Below are positions 37,501 through 48,337 of a stretch of DNA of 64,000 nt, piece after piece (positions within the stretch are counted from its first letter, which is position 1; every line of letters starts with the position of its first letter). The stretch is from Phoronis australis. Lineage: Eukaryota; Animalia; Phoronida. The notes under the pieces are model-generated. The model was given only the letters and a program-made list of their open reading frames with translations, did no database searches and had not been told where the DNA came from. The DNA is taken from NCBI GenBank assembly GCA_002633005.1, contig NMRA01000647.1, positions 23,711 through 87,710 of the forward strand. The letters are read 5' to 3'. Position numbers and translations under genes: made by a program.

Positions 37501-40500
37501 TTATTGCGGTTAACTGAGGTGCATCGATTATTTGCACACGTTTATTGTAGTTGGGACACTGGCGGGAACCATTCCAGAACCCCCCACCCCCCGCCCAATG
37601 AACCCCGCCCCGATGTCATGCCGGGAAACGGTACGTCGTCTGATCAGTTTTGGCGTGCAACTGTTGTATAGGTTGATGTTGAAGCAAATGGCTAAGTATT
37701 TAGAAACATCAAGTCTTCGCAATGAACTTAAAAACTGCAACCCTATTGTATCGGAAGGACTTTTTGCGGAAATGTTGCAAAAGTAGTTTAAAATCGAGTT
37801 GATAGGCCTATTGAAAATGCGGCTCACAAAGTTATCTCATGGACCTGCGCCAGAGCAGATCTTTTTCAAAAGTATTTGGGTAAAGCAAAAACGAGCGTGA
37901 AGCAGCGTCGCCGTTCATAAGCTGTCCCAGCTCAGACTAATGGAGCAGACGAGACTTGTCCCTAATCCAGTTACGAGTACAAATTGCCAAAGTATGAATC
38001 ACAAAACATTTGCGCATTCGAAACATGATGATAACTGCCACGCCCTCAAAAGGTCGCCGTGTGCCATCAAATATTGACATAAATAATTAGTTATGATTAT
38101 CAATGCCAGGCTAGCCATATCTCTGTTGATAGGCGTGTTGCTTGTGTAAAACTGCGTATGCTTACCTGTGATGTTGTCTTGAGGACTGTACGTGGACTTC
38201 GATAGTTTTATTTGAAACGGACAGACTGACGTCTGGGCTTTGGAACCCGAATGTTTAGGGAAGGCGTCCACACACATCTTAAAGGGAGCTCCCTTTTCGA
38301 AGCAGAAACCTACATAGGTGCAAAACAGAACACCAGGCAAAAGTCACCAATGTGTTTAAAATAGCACCATTTTAGAACTGAGATTACACAGAACTGAGAC
38401 TGCTATAGGATGAACAGGGAGGTCGTTAAAGGTTATAGATAAGTATTTAGTCAAATACTTAAAAATCTGTTCAAATCAACTCAGTAAAAGTACACATTTT
38501 CTGAAAGTAGAAAGCCTTTAAATTTTGATTATTGATTTTTACCTTTTAGCAATCATTCGGGAATTGGGTCAAGTGATCATGTCTTTTTAGTAGGCTAACC
38601 GATTTATCAAAAGGTACATTGATAACAAAACAGACGTATCAATAAAAGGGTGAGATTTTACTGTGGTATAAATGTTCAACATAAAGTCTAAAAAAACGCT
38701 GTTACATGTTTCTAAAATATGATTTCGCTTTGGTTTGGGGCAACTTAAGATTTTTCAAGAGAATCCTAGAAGTCTTGATGCCAAAGAGGAATATTTTAGA
38801 ACAAATTCCTAACAGGGTTTTGGAGAACAGTATAAAAGGCAAACTTTCAGATCATTATCGCGTTTTCCCGTTGCTCCCAACTTGTTCGATTCTATAGCCC
38901 AATAACAAGTTGGGAAGAACAACCCTGCAGCCAATGTCTTACACGACTGATTAACTCCATTCTGGCATTGATGGTTGGAGGGTCAGCTCTCTTTTGTTCG
39001 ATAATTGCTCTAATCTCCAATAAGGTGGTATCTACCCTGACTGGGCTGTGCCGTTAAAAATAAAAGTTATGTTTTAACATATTTGAATTTTTCGTCAAAT
39101 GCTGATCATGTTTAGTTTTTAAATAGCTACAATCGCCCAACTACAACCAAACGTAAGACTATCTAGTCTATCCCAACGTACCAATTCGCTCTGGGTTTGA
39201 TTGTGTTAACAAGTGGTCTGTAATAAGCCTGGTAGATAATTGGCCTCCCTGTTGTCATACCAGACAAAAGACTGTGCTTTGAAGTTAACAAAGAAGCTAG
39301 ATGCTATCACACGCTCACACCCTTTACGTCTGGTAAAGTCACTGAGCGGGAGAACGCCGTCATTTGAATCCAATCAACCCTTTCTGAAACTTGATGTCCC
39401 GAAGTGAGCCTATAATTTGGAATAGTTCTCTACGGTCCGCTAGAGGTCACCGTGGCAATTTACTTTAAGTTGATATTTTGTATTCGGACTAAACTGCTTA
39501 CCTTCACGAGCCATGTTGATCCCCTCTGTGCAAATTGATACCAAACATCGTAGACCGTTCTGTCAAAGGTCGCATATCATGTGGTAGCCAACACAGTCGT
39601 GGGCACGTTATTGCAAACACGACACCGCCTTTTATAAGAGTGAAAGGCCGTGACTTTAGGTTGACATTTTATCGTATTTAGACTGAACGATTTACTTACT
39701 TCGGGCCACGTTAGTAAACTGTGTGCATCTCGAACTAGCACTCGAACACTGGTGGTGCCGATGGGATGGGCTATTAGAATAACCCATTTACCGTGACAAT
39801 ACGATGATTATCTGTTAACCAGCAAGCAATGTTGTGTGCGTAAATGATTCCTCACAAAAACTACATGTTTTGGGAGAATTTAACCAGAACAGAAGGTTTA
39901 TTCGTTGTATTGAATTCCAATAAACAATCCTGCAGTACGTATGTGTAATTATTACATCCGAGACAAGCCTAACTACTAACCAACCAATCTGAACAATTGT
40001 GCTGCTAAGCTGATACTTTCGTAGAGTCCATAGCCCATAAAGCGAACCCTTTCAGAGAGAGTGAATTCGGAAAATTCAAGCTTCATAGGGAATCTGGCCA
40101 TGAAAAAAGAAAAATAACAATTTAGTCGTTACGCCCTACCTACCAAACAGCACAATACGATCTTATTGGAGATTAGAGCTATTATCGAACAAAAGAGAGC
40201 TGGCCCTCCAACCATAAATGCCAGAATGGATTTAATCAGTCGTGTAAGATATTGGCTACAGGGGTCATCTTCCCAACTTGTTGTTGGGCCTATAGAATCG
40301 AACAAGTTGGGAGCAACGGGAAAACGTCGTAATGTATCAGTCGGAAAGTTGTCACTGTCCGTTGTCAACGTCATATAAATGCACATGCTGTGAAGTTTAG
40401 TAAAGATCCTGCGAACAGTTTAGGAGATACAGCCATGGGTGCAAAAAGCTGCCATAAGGAGACGCCACAGTAGCCAAAGTGGTCGGAAACTGATCATCAT

Positions 40501-42474
40501 CAGCCGTTCTCTTGCCAATTTCCACAATCATCCTTAGAGCGGTTTGGTTTATAGCGGGGTGGACGTCAAAAAACGGACACGAAAACAGTAGAAATGGCCA
40601 CTAGGTGGCGCAAACTACGTCGAAACCTGAAAATGGGAGGATAGCGTCATCATAGTAGATGGCTTTATGCCAAATTGATACAGAGGTAAACGTAAAAAAG
40701 TAGAAAAAATAAAATTATCACTAGCGGGCACACCAGTACTCAGATCCGTCCGAAAGTTGTCGTCGTCTGTTGTCAACATCATAATAAACACAAACGATTT
40801 AGGAGATACAGCCCTACAGGCAAAAAGAACAAAACTGCCACTAGGAGCGCCACAGTAGTCGAAAGTCGTCGAAAAACCATCGTCAGTCGTCCTCTTCATA
40901 GTAAGAACATACATGCCAGTTTTCACAATCATCTTTAGAGCAGTTTGATTGATAGAGGGTTGGACGCCAAAAAACACATCTGAAAATCTTAAAAATGGTC
41001 ATTAGGTGGCGGCGCGCCGAATCCATCCGAAAACGAGAGGAAAGCATCATCTCACTCATAGGTGCCTATAAACCAAATTTTATGAAAATACTTTAAGGAC
41101 CTTTGAAGACACAGAGGTAAACGTAAAAAATTAAAATTGCCACAAGAGGCAACAACGGTAATGGGATCCGTCCGAAAGTTCGCTCATGCCGTCCCATCCA
41201 AGAAATTAACGCATGTGCAAAATTTCATGAACATACGTCAAGGGGTTTTGGAGGTAGAGCAGTGGACGCCGGACGTACGCCGGACGGACACCAGAAGGAC
41301 GTCGGACGGATGCCGGACGGACACCAGAAGGACGTCGGACGGATGCCGGACGGACGCTGGACGGACGCCGGACGGACGCCGGACGGACGCCGGACGGACG
41401 CCGGGCGGACGCCGGACGGACACCGAACGGACGCCGGAGATGACGGCATAATGCGTCCACATATAAATATGTGGGCGCATAAAAAACCAGTTTAACTTTC
41501 GAAATAACGTGCTTATTATCATGATGATCTACGACCCCTTTAGATACGATACCAACTCGCTGGACGTATGCCGGGTTCTCATAATAGGTAAACGTGGTCC
41601 AGGTCAGGTTGAGTCACCACATATGTGCGGTCATTAAAAGTGATCCATTTGGACGTTTTAGACGGTTTATGACAGTTCCTAAATCGCGTGTATTGGTACG
41701 TCACAGCTTTACAAAAAAAAAACTGGAGACCAAACTCGAAAAAGCCATATTGGCCGACCTCATACATGTAGACTCTACAAAAGTGTAATGTAATCAAACA
41801 ACAGAAATGAGTGTTATGGTCGAGGAAGGATGGTCACCGGCGTGTGGGAGAAGCATAACGGAGCCTGCTTGGCTGTTTCTGTAAGCCATCACTTGTCCTT
41901 CACAGTGAACATTGACGCGGTCGACCCTAATAGCAGCTGAGTAAATCAGATCACAGTTGCATGTACGTGAAATAACAAACGCGAGTACTGAGAGTTGTTA
42001 GTGTTCAAGTTCAACAATTCCAGCTACGATCGAGTCTTGTAGACTTGTAGTCACAAACATCTGAACCAAACTCACTAACAATGAAATTTAAGATATGTAA
42101 TAACATGATGAAATCGGAGTCATTCATATGTTATTCAGGCTTAGGTTCCGACCAGAAGCTGGTTTTTCAATAAGACTTGCACAATTAAAAGAATGCAACT
42201 CATGTTTGGCGGATTAAGAGGGGAGTCAAGGGGGCCATGCTCCCCTCTAAAATTTCCCCGGATCAAGTACATGTGGCAGTTCGGGGGTGCGAATGCCTGA
42301 CGGGCAAAGTCTTGGCTAATACTCTGCCCTGGCCCCTTCTAACTCAAAATCCTGGATCCGTCCCTGGTTGTTGCTACTATGCTGCAAATTAATGAGCAGT
42401 AAAGAAACAATTCTCGACTTACCGACATGAAAAGATGTTAACACCAACAAAACGCATAGTGCCCGTTCCTCCAT
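16374..42474 (-). CDS. FRRS1: Ferric-chelate reductase 1-like gene (Reeler + DOMON + cytochrome b561), 14 exons, ~609 aa
   Basis: Phase-compatible exons: 42423-42474, 38166-38309, 37317-37468, 34816-34910, 33470-33569, 28950-29150 (or 27199-27399), 28373-28468 (or 26616-26711), 25731-25908, 24267-24383, 23864-23979, 23314-23400, 22985-23141, 22068-22217, 16374-16558 = 1830 nt. DOMON Met (IMGDD) and His (YKH) and all four b561 His (QAH, QIHR, LHAAIG, WVHR) present. Confidence 0.9.
17013..17406. mobile_element. Foldback MITE-like element
   Basis: ggcccgg..aatcttt..aactcgaa / ttcgagtt..aaagatt..ccgggcc imperfect inverted arms with internal symmetry (tatgctcga / tcgagcata). Confidence 0.55.
19948..20385 (+). 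pseudogene. YqaJ / lambda-exonuclease-like remnant of the ISL2EU element
   Basis: TPAVLHG..RQCASGVSVYPDELYLTAT..LVGEDAL..VFTFKGLIVDVIE..KLDLFYKRFYRP; SAP-like exon LRKKGASMRGSKHDLIQR|gtaag at ~18390-18446. Confidence 0.65.
21445..21645 (-). pseudogene. THAP zinc-finger remnant (transposase N-terminus)
   Basis: YYC*FPWCKSSTGGHKFPKDLRLLYSWTTAVNR..W..KPRVCS followed by gtaag. Confidence 0.7.
22068..22217 (-). CDS. FRRS1: FRRS1-like exon 13
   Basis: AFCLMLGVNISLLP..LIGVWIGVQVLWEMLFEIMRC. Confidence 0.82.
22985..23141 (-). CDS. FRRS1: FRRS1-like exon 12 (b561), GC donor
   Basis: AVTLHAAIGIVVMSLLCIQLLLALARPDPTSSKRPIFTWVHRIAG..FA G|gcaagt. Confidence 0.88.
23314..23400 (-). CDS. FRRS1: FRRS1-like exon 11 (b561)
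   Basis: IHRLSLSLVFVLTAASFVLIFIKVGGWKD. Confidence 0.9.
23481..23577. repeat. Compound (GT)/(GC)/(GCGT)/(TA) microsatellite
   Basis: Directly visible. Confidence 0.9.
23864..23979 (-). CDS. FRRS1: FRRS1-like exon 10 (b561)
   Basis: IMVFIAWIGLAGFAMIIGRHFR..CGVKAWFQ. Confidence 0.9.
24267..24383 (-). CDS. FRRS1: FRRS1-like exon 9
   Basis: SDVIYKHVELPLVSPGKVSFQ..MTIQAH. Confidence 0.88.
24468..25700. repeat. Near-identical ~616-bp duplication around n at 25084 (probable assembly artefact)
   Basis: 24468-25083 vs 25085-25700 differ by a handful of SNPs. Confidence 0.9.
25731..25908 (-). CDS. FRRS1: FRRS1-like exon 8 (DOMON)
   Basis: DDLKNVQIQYEDGFLYCRFRRP..FDLKDNFYAMIAWGP. Confidence 0.88.
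26616..26711 (-). CDS. FRRS1: FRRS1-like exon 7 (DOMON), copy A
   Basis: Same peptide as copy B. Confidence 0.8.
27199..27399 (-). CDS. FRRS1: FRRS1-like exon 6 (DOMON), copy A
   Basis: Same as copy B except N/D and Y/F substitutions. Confidence 0.8.
28373..28468 (-). CDS. FRRS1: FRRS1-like exon 7 (DOMON), copy B
   Basis: GDDETITCVVSDSGISVQQGYNPKYYNDRLRA. Confidence 0.85.
28950..29150 (-). CDS. FRRS1: FRRS1-like exon 6 (DOMON), copy B
   Basis: CGRTKGC..VDFEMAG..YLSLGFSHDIIM|gtaagt. Confidence 0.88.
30326..30555. repeat. Dispersed repeat, homologous to 11805-12010
   Basis: Shared blocks catgcgcgcacccagcct and cacttcgccaaatgggggg. Confidence 0.7.
31867..32099. mobile_element. MITE with 15-bp TIR and 5-bp TSD (hAT5-like)
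   Basis: ctgtc|CAGTGGCAGATCTAC ... GTAGATCCGCCTCTG|ctgtc. Confidence 0.75.
33336..33359. mobile_element. 24-bp TIR-only transposon relic with 8-bp TSD
   Basis: attccatt|CATAGACATC acaa GATGTCTATG|attccatt. Confidence 0.75.
33470..33569 (-). CDS. FRRS1: FRRS1-like exon 5 (end of Reeler)
   Basis: GSIVEVYETFWINVSSEVVTANEPAKSYDYISK, phase 2 to 0. Confidence 0.85.
34433..34799. mobile_element. Foldback MITE with long TIRs
   Basis: ttaaaaaccggacgatcgccgcacaaatgaagaag / cttcttcatttgtgcggcgatcgtccggtttttaa, symmetry continuing >100 bp inward. Confidence 0.85.
34816..34910 (-). CDS. FRRS1: FRRS1-like exon 4 (Reeler)
   Basis: NCLTHKDGEKGKAKLVAEWQAPDVSVGDVVF. Confidence 0.88.
35885..36153. mobile_element. 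MITE (CTGTTTCATGAAAGTGAC termini)
   Basis: tctgtttcatgaaagtgac..agacagaa / ttctgtct..gtcacttttcgtgaaacaga. Confidence 0.7.
36986..37135. mobile_element. Short MITE (CATGGACGGCGCA termini); related copy 42672-42903
   Basis: catggacggcgcagca / tgttgcgccgttcatg; flanks ctgta/atgta. Confidence 0.65.
37317..37468 (-). CDS. FRRS1: FRRS1-like exon 3 (Reeler)
   Basis: VTIESSSGRMFRGFTLTAKP..AGTF, ag/gt bounded. Confidence 0.88.
38166..38309 (-). CDS. FRRS1: FRRS1-like exon 2 (Reeler)
   Basis: FCFEKGAPFKMCVDAFPKHSGSKAQTSVCPFQIKLSKSTYSPQDNIT, ag/gt bounded. Confidence 0.88.
38853..40334. mobile_element. Non-autonomous element with ~170-bp TIRs nested in a HINE-like repeat
   Basis: 38853-39024 is the reverse complement of 40162-40334; flanks rejoin as tcagat+cagtcggaaagttg, cf. 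40740. Confidence 0.8.
40335..41486 (+). mobile_element. Helentron-associated (HINE/DINE-1-like) element: internal tandem subunits, (GGAC/GCC) microsatellite, 3' hairpin
   Basis: Repeated atccgtccgaaagtt and ccactagg(t/a)g.cg subunits; ggacggacgcc array 41264-41437; hairpin atgcgtccacatat-aa-atatgtgggcgcat then A-run; same terminus at 57968-57997. Confidence 0.7.
42423..42474 (-). CDS. FRRS1: FRRS1-like exon 1 (signal peptide)
   Basis: MEERALCVLLVLTSFHV G|gtaagt; phase 1 matches exon 2. Confidence 0.75.
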
Positions 42475-42671
42475 CTTGGTAGTTACGTTGTGTAATTGTG
42501 ACTGGAACGAAACGTGGTATTCATAATAGCCAGTCAAGATAGCACAACCTTGGGTATATCACGTGATAAGTGTTTTGAGTCGCTTGGGTCGGCATCCCGG
42601 CGCGGCGGCATTAAAATTCAATTTCGCAATATACAGTAAGGCGGTCACTGGAACGTCTCGTTATAAAAAGC

Positions 42672-42903
42672 CATGGGCGGCGCAGTGGCACTGAAATGAA
42701 ATATTTGATGCTATACCCACCCCCCCCCCCATCCCCCTCAAGGGGTTTACCTCTGAAAAAGGTCAAGCACCGACAGAAATTGTTCAGTAACTTTATACAG
42801 TTGAAATTTAAATGTGTTTTCTTCCTCAATTTGATTTTGGGCGGTGCAGCACTGAAGTGGAGGGCTATAGTCCCCAGCACCCCATGGCAGTGCTCCGCCC
42901 ATT
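42672..42903. mobile_element. MITE related to 36986-37135
   Basis: atgggcggcgca / tgctccgcccat ends; shared gcagcactgaa..gggct.tag.ccc. Confidence 0.55.
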
Positions 42904-44119
42904 ACACTACCTTTCAAAAGTCGACCGACTCGTAATATAATAGGCCAAACCGTGGACCGGGTTGACACCGCCTGTCAAGAAGCCACTGAATCATAATGCA
43001 CAGCCTTCGAACGACGGGGAAATTGTTGTCCCGAGTAGCAATAAATCATATTAAAATTCTTGTGATCGTGTGCAAACGAAAATTTCAGGCTGACTCATCT
43101 GGGTCTAGTATACCGGGACTCGACGACCCTCGTTCCGCTCCTACAATTGTAGGCGACTGAGACGCTCAGTGAATAAATGGTAAACACATGTCGCCATGAT
43201 GATTATTACTGACAGTGTCAACTGACCACAGGGATGGACATCAATTCCCCTTTTAAAAGGCAGTTACTGAATTTCTTTAAAAAACGAACGTGCAACACTT
43301 TAGTCCAACTGAAGGTGTACGTAAATTGCTAGGCGATTTCAAAAAGATTTTTTATGTAAGCAACGTGTTAATAGTATATGCAATAGCCTAAATGTGTGTT
43401 CTCTAGATAAAAGCAGTTGAGAAAACAGAGTTTTCACACCTTCACCGTGGTAGCAATCGATTGATAACAACAAAGACAATAGTTGTACATCATTGTCATC
43501 AGAGAAGATGACCTCATAATGTCTTCCCCACCCACTTACCCTCCTCCTCGGCGTTATTGTCATCATCACCGTCGTCACTAGCGCTGGCCACTGTCTCGCT
43601 CAATATTATTATTAAAGGTCAGTGGAGTGAAAAACTATTGACCACTTCTGACACTATCAACAACATGACCTTACATGTATACGAAAGAGTGACAAAACGT
43701 TTATTTCATAGCGGAACGATTGACATCGACAACGGGTACTTGCATACATGTACTGTACAGTAAATCATATCTTCAGTGTTATTTGACAAACTACCTTATT
43801 TGTAGTTGATATCTGTATAACATGTAATATCATTTGTAACAATCCATATCTGTATAACATGTAATAATTATTGATATTAACACGCGCACACGCACACACA
43901 TATCGCTGAATTTTTTGTTGTTTGAATATACCAGTTTTGAAAGAATACAATTTTATGTAAATTCTCCTGTATATGCTGCTGACGCCCAAATATAATGTTT
44001 TCTGGCGCTTTCTGTACTGAAACTCCCTTTACCATACGTTGTATTCTTCACAGTCAACATTTTTATTGGAAATGAACCTCTAAAATATTTTTGACATCAC
44101 CCACTCTACTTTTTACTGT

Positions 44120-44870
44120 ATATTTGTTTAATTTGTTTATTGTAATATTTAAAATGAGGATGGCCTCTTCAGTGAAAGCACTGCTTTCCAAGAGGGCCCT
44201 CAACAACAAAATATAAAACAGTAAGGTAATACAAAGAGAAGTAATTAAAAACAATAATTAAATACATGTAATAAAGAAACAATTACAACAGACTAAGAAT
44301 TCACATAATAAATAAAGGACGAAGGATGATGAAAATTTGACTAAGAGAGATGAAATAAGTAGAGAGATGATACTTAATAGTGAGAATATTTACAGTAATG
44401 AAAAATGACCTAATGAAGACAGAATGTAAGAATGGGTTAGTAAATTACAGCCACTTTTTAATATTAAGTGTAAAAGTATTAATTGAATCGGATTGATTAA
44501 TTTCTGAACTAAGAAAGTTCCATATTGCAGCCGGCAGCAGCATAAGCAAAAGGCCTCTTGTTGGTCTCGGTTTTAGTTTTTTTAAAAGAAACATTACCAG
44601 CAACGGAAAAACGTTTGCCTTGACTGCTGCCGAATTCACGGCTCAGATATGTTGAAGACAAGCCATTCACACATCTGTACATGCAACAGGCAGAGAGATA
44701 TTTATTTCTTTGTTTTACTTTCATAAATCCAAGCTTGGAGTACAAGTCGTCGATCAACGTGCCCCCAGTTCTAGTACCCAGGATACCCCTGGCGGCTCTA
44801 TTTTGCATTACTTTAATTTTACCAACAAGTGTGTCGCTGGTACGTCTCCAAATCGGTAAACAATTATTGT
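44120..44870 (-). mobile_element. 3' end of an L2/Crack/Daphne-like LINE
   Basis: MQNRAARGILG..LYSKLGF..MYRCVNGLSSTYL..KRPFAYAAA..IWNFLSSEI..FTLNIKKWL*; 3' UTR ending gagggccctcttggaaagcag.. plus aataaacaaattaaacaaa tail. Confidence 0.8.
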
Positions 44871-45069
44871 GCGGATTATCTTATTATTGGACACTCAAAT
44901 AAATTTACGTGGATGACTGTCTAACCTTCATTAACCAAGCATTGGAGCAATAAATTCCAGATTTAACACGAAATCTCAGGTCTTTACTGGAGCTTGCAGC
45001 TCGAATCATAGGGTAATCAAGTACGACTTTCGACTCAACAAAATGGATGGTGCCGCAAATGCCCCTGTG

Positions 45070-45495
45070 ACCGGTTGCATGAAACAATTCCAATTAGGGA
45101 CTTCACTAAGTTCCCTAAATCTAATGCGTATTTTTGGACTTGTGAAAACATCGATTGCACTTTCTAAAATTGTTTTAGTTTCATTATTATAAATTTTCCT
45201 TTTGACTTTTGATACAAAGCGAAAGTGAACTCTACGTCAAATTGTCAATGTTATCGAAAATGATAAAGAATCTTTTCATGCAACACCCCCCATTTGAAGG
45301 AATAAGTCCCTATTTATTTATGCTCAGGTTTTATTTAATATTAGAAAAAGTTTACTAACGAGGAGCTCATATTAAAGATGAAATGGTAGTAAAATATTGC
45401 ATCTGTGAGTCCGTAAAGACACAGATACGCAAAAAGACTTAGGGACCTTAGTAGAGTCCCTATTTGGGACTGTTTCATACACAACCGGCCACTGG
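45070..45495. mobile_element. MITE (same family as 6790-6932)
   Basis: ccggttgcatgaaaca..tagggacttcactaagttccctaa / ttagggaccttagtagagtcccta..tgtttcat..caaccgg. Confidence 0.7.
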
Positions 45496-46547
45496 TCACC
45501 ACAAATTTCGCGGCCCTCCGACGACGACAGGTACTAATTTTGTGCCATCTCCTATCGTTTCGCCACCTTCCATCGGTGTGCCACTGACCCCTGGCTGCGG
45601 GACCGCCACCACACCTCGCTCAGTCAATTGTCTCGTCACTGCCATTATCATCACAGAAAAAATAGGTCAGCGGAGTATCCACTGGAAAAATACTTGAAAT
45701 AAACTATAGCAAGGGGTTGAAATCGATGGCGATTCTCCTAGTCTTCATTCGGGCAAAGCTACGACATGTGCTTCGCCACCTCACCCAAATAAAGTCCAGA
45801 TAGCACTACTTTTTGCTTAGGGTTATGTAGAAAAATGCCCAATTTTGAAACATCACACTTTCAGAAATGGATAGTCAGATTCTTATGAAATGTTCATATA
45901 CTGTGCTTTGTGCACTGTTTTTCAAAATGTTTTAGGAGTTGCGTTCATAATTCTTATTCCGCACTAAGTTTGCATACGGGGCAATTAAAGCGGATTTTTA
46001 TTTTCATGATAAAACTTTCAAAAAGTTGCATAAAACGAAATAGTATTTTAAAAATTGTAGCAGAATATTTGAGATCTCATCTTGAATATTTATAGCAAAT
46101 GTTTTTGCCAACACCCATAGTCATGGGACTCAATTAATGGTAAATCGGTAAAAAATCATAAATGATTCTACAGGCTTCCTGAGTTAATTTAGTTTTTATA
46201 GATGTTTGGCTAAGTAAGCAGACTTATAAAGTCATACATAGCCNAAATTGTCAAATGAAGCCCTCATTTTGCCAATAACTGCTCAAATGTATTAAAAACA
46301 ACGGAACTGAATCCACTCTCAGAAAGCCTTTGAAGCCATAATGCAAGACGAGATAAAACAGCTTTGTATAGATACCAGACCTGGTATCGACACGATAGAT
46401 AACCTTTCCGATGTTGTGAAAGCAAGCGTTTTCCTGTCAACAAACAGTCTTCCCTGTAATTTGCAGCCAGCGACGATTGTTTGATACCAGCAAGAAGGCA
46501 ATCATTTCTTCCCATTTTCAAGCCAAAACTGATACACGAGTGAGAAA

Positions 46548-46730
46548 CAACATGACCGCCGGACCCAAACCATGACCGCTGGTCCTCCAAATAGGACCTA
46601 CTCACCACCAGACTGGATGCACGGGATCAAATGCGACCGCCGCACCAAAAAATGGGACAGACGCACCTAAAAACATGACCGCTCCACCACAAAGCAGGAC
46701 CGCCGCAGACTGAACGTGACCGCCGGACAA
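46548..46730. repeat. Degenerate tandem gaccgc(c/t) subterminal-type repeats
   Basis: Multiple catgaccgc / ggaccgccg units. Confidence 0.55.
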
Positions 46731-47359
46731 CATGTAATTATCAATGTCTTTGTGTGATACTGCGGGTTAAGACGTAACCGGCCAGCTAGCGCCATGAAGA
46801 CTGTCGTCAAAATTAGCTTGGTAGCAATGTGTGCTGAGCTCCGTTAGACTGACCACGAAATTTCTCGAATTTATTTTTTCACAATACGTGGTGGGAGTAT
46901 TCAAGCCGAAATTCATGGACTTTCTACTAAGCGACCTTGGGTGTATCAAGGAGGTCTAGAAGTGCCATGCACATTAATTTTCTTGTCTCGCTGGGCAGAT
47001 ATTGCAAAAATTGCTCACACAATAAACGTTGTTAACAGGTATTACAGTCCTCTTAAGGATTACCAATCCACCCAGAAGGACTGTTTCACTTACAAAAATA
47101 CATATCGAGCATCATGCTGGTATTTACGTAGCCAAAACTATGATTTTCCGTTTACACACCCCCTTTTCCGAAAAAACGCCCGGGAGTTTATTGCTGTGGC
47201 TAAAATTCCTTAAAACTTTCATTTTCCGAATACACGCCCCGGGGCTTATCTACGGAAAATCCCGGTAGGTCTTACACGGTGCTCGTTTTTCGAACACTTA
47301 ATTGACAAAATCAGTCTACCAAGCCAGTAATACATGTACATACAACAGCCACTAAGTTG

Positions 47360-48337
47360 TACAAGATGAGTTTGCCGAATTCCCAGTTACGAACGTTAAA
47401 GAAACAATGGCTGCCGCGCTGTTCACAGAAAACGTATATAAACAAATATAAGAGCATTTATATTTATATACGGGTTCACGTACACAACAAGTCACGAAAA
47501 ATTAGCGCTCACGCTGTGTAAAACGGGACCACGCGCAAAAGAAACGTAAACGCGACCCAGGACGAATCACACTTGTGTCACCAAAATTCAATATTGATTT
47601 AAATGGATAAACAATGATGACAAGGCACATTTTAGCGCCGTTGGTGTCACCTTGGAAAACGGCCAATTAATAAGTGGAGCGAAGTACACGATTTCAGGAC
47701 AACAGATAACACGTATGTTCAACTTTATTGATTCACACTTTAGCTACGCACAAGTTCAACAAAGCTTCAATATAATCAAGCTCACACATCTTGCCATGAT
47801 CAGTCGAAGCATAACCACAATTATATTGTGTAACAATAAACAATACTGTANTACAAGATGAGTTTGCCGAATTCCCAGTTACGAACATTAAAGAAACAAT
47901 GGCTGCCGCGCTGTTCACAGAAAACGTATATAAACAAATATAAGAGCATTTATATTTATATACGGGTTCACGTACACAAGTCACGAAAAATTTGCGCTCA
48001 CGCTGTGTAAAACGGGACCACGCAAAAGAAACGAAAACGCGACCCAGGACGAATCACACTTGTGTCACCAACATTCAATATTGATTTAAATGGATAAACA
48101 ATGATGACAAGGCACATTTTAGCGCCGTTGGTGTCACCTTGGAAAACGGCCAATTAATAAGTGGAGCGAAGTACACGATTTCAGGACAACAGATAACACG
48201 TATGTTCAACTTTATTGATTCACACTTTAGCTACGCACAAGTTCAACAAAGCTTCAATATAATCAAGCTCACACATCTTGCCATGATCAGTCGAAGCATA
48301 ACCACAATTATATTGTGTAACAATAAACAATACTGTA
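47360..48337. repeat. Near-identical ~490-bp duplication around n at 47851 (probable assembly artefact)
   Basis: 47360-47850 vs 47852-48337. Confidence 0.9.

Noticed and set aside
41137-41522. Several overlapping repetitive ORFs (RRTDAGRTPDG / RPASVRRPSG)
   Set aside because: Translations of the GGAC/GCC microsatellite in the HINE-like element
41790-41936. Candidate extra FRRS1 exon after the signal peptide
   Set aside because: No Reeler similarity; exon 1 joins exon 2 directly in phase
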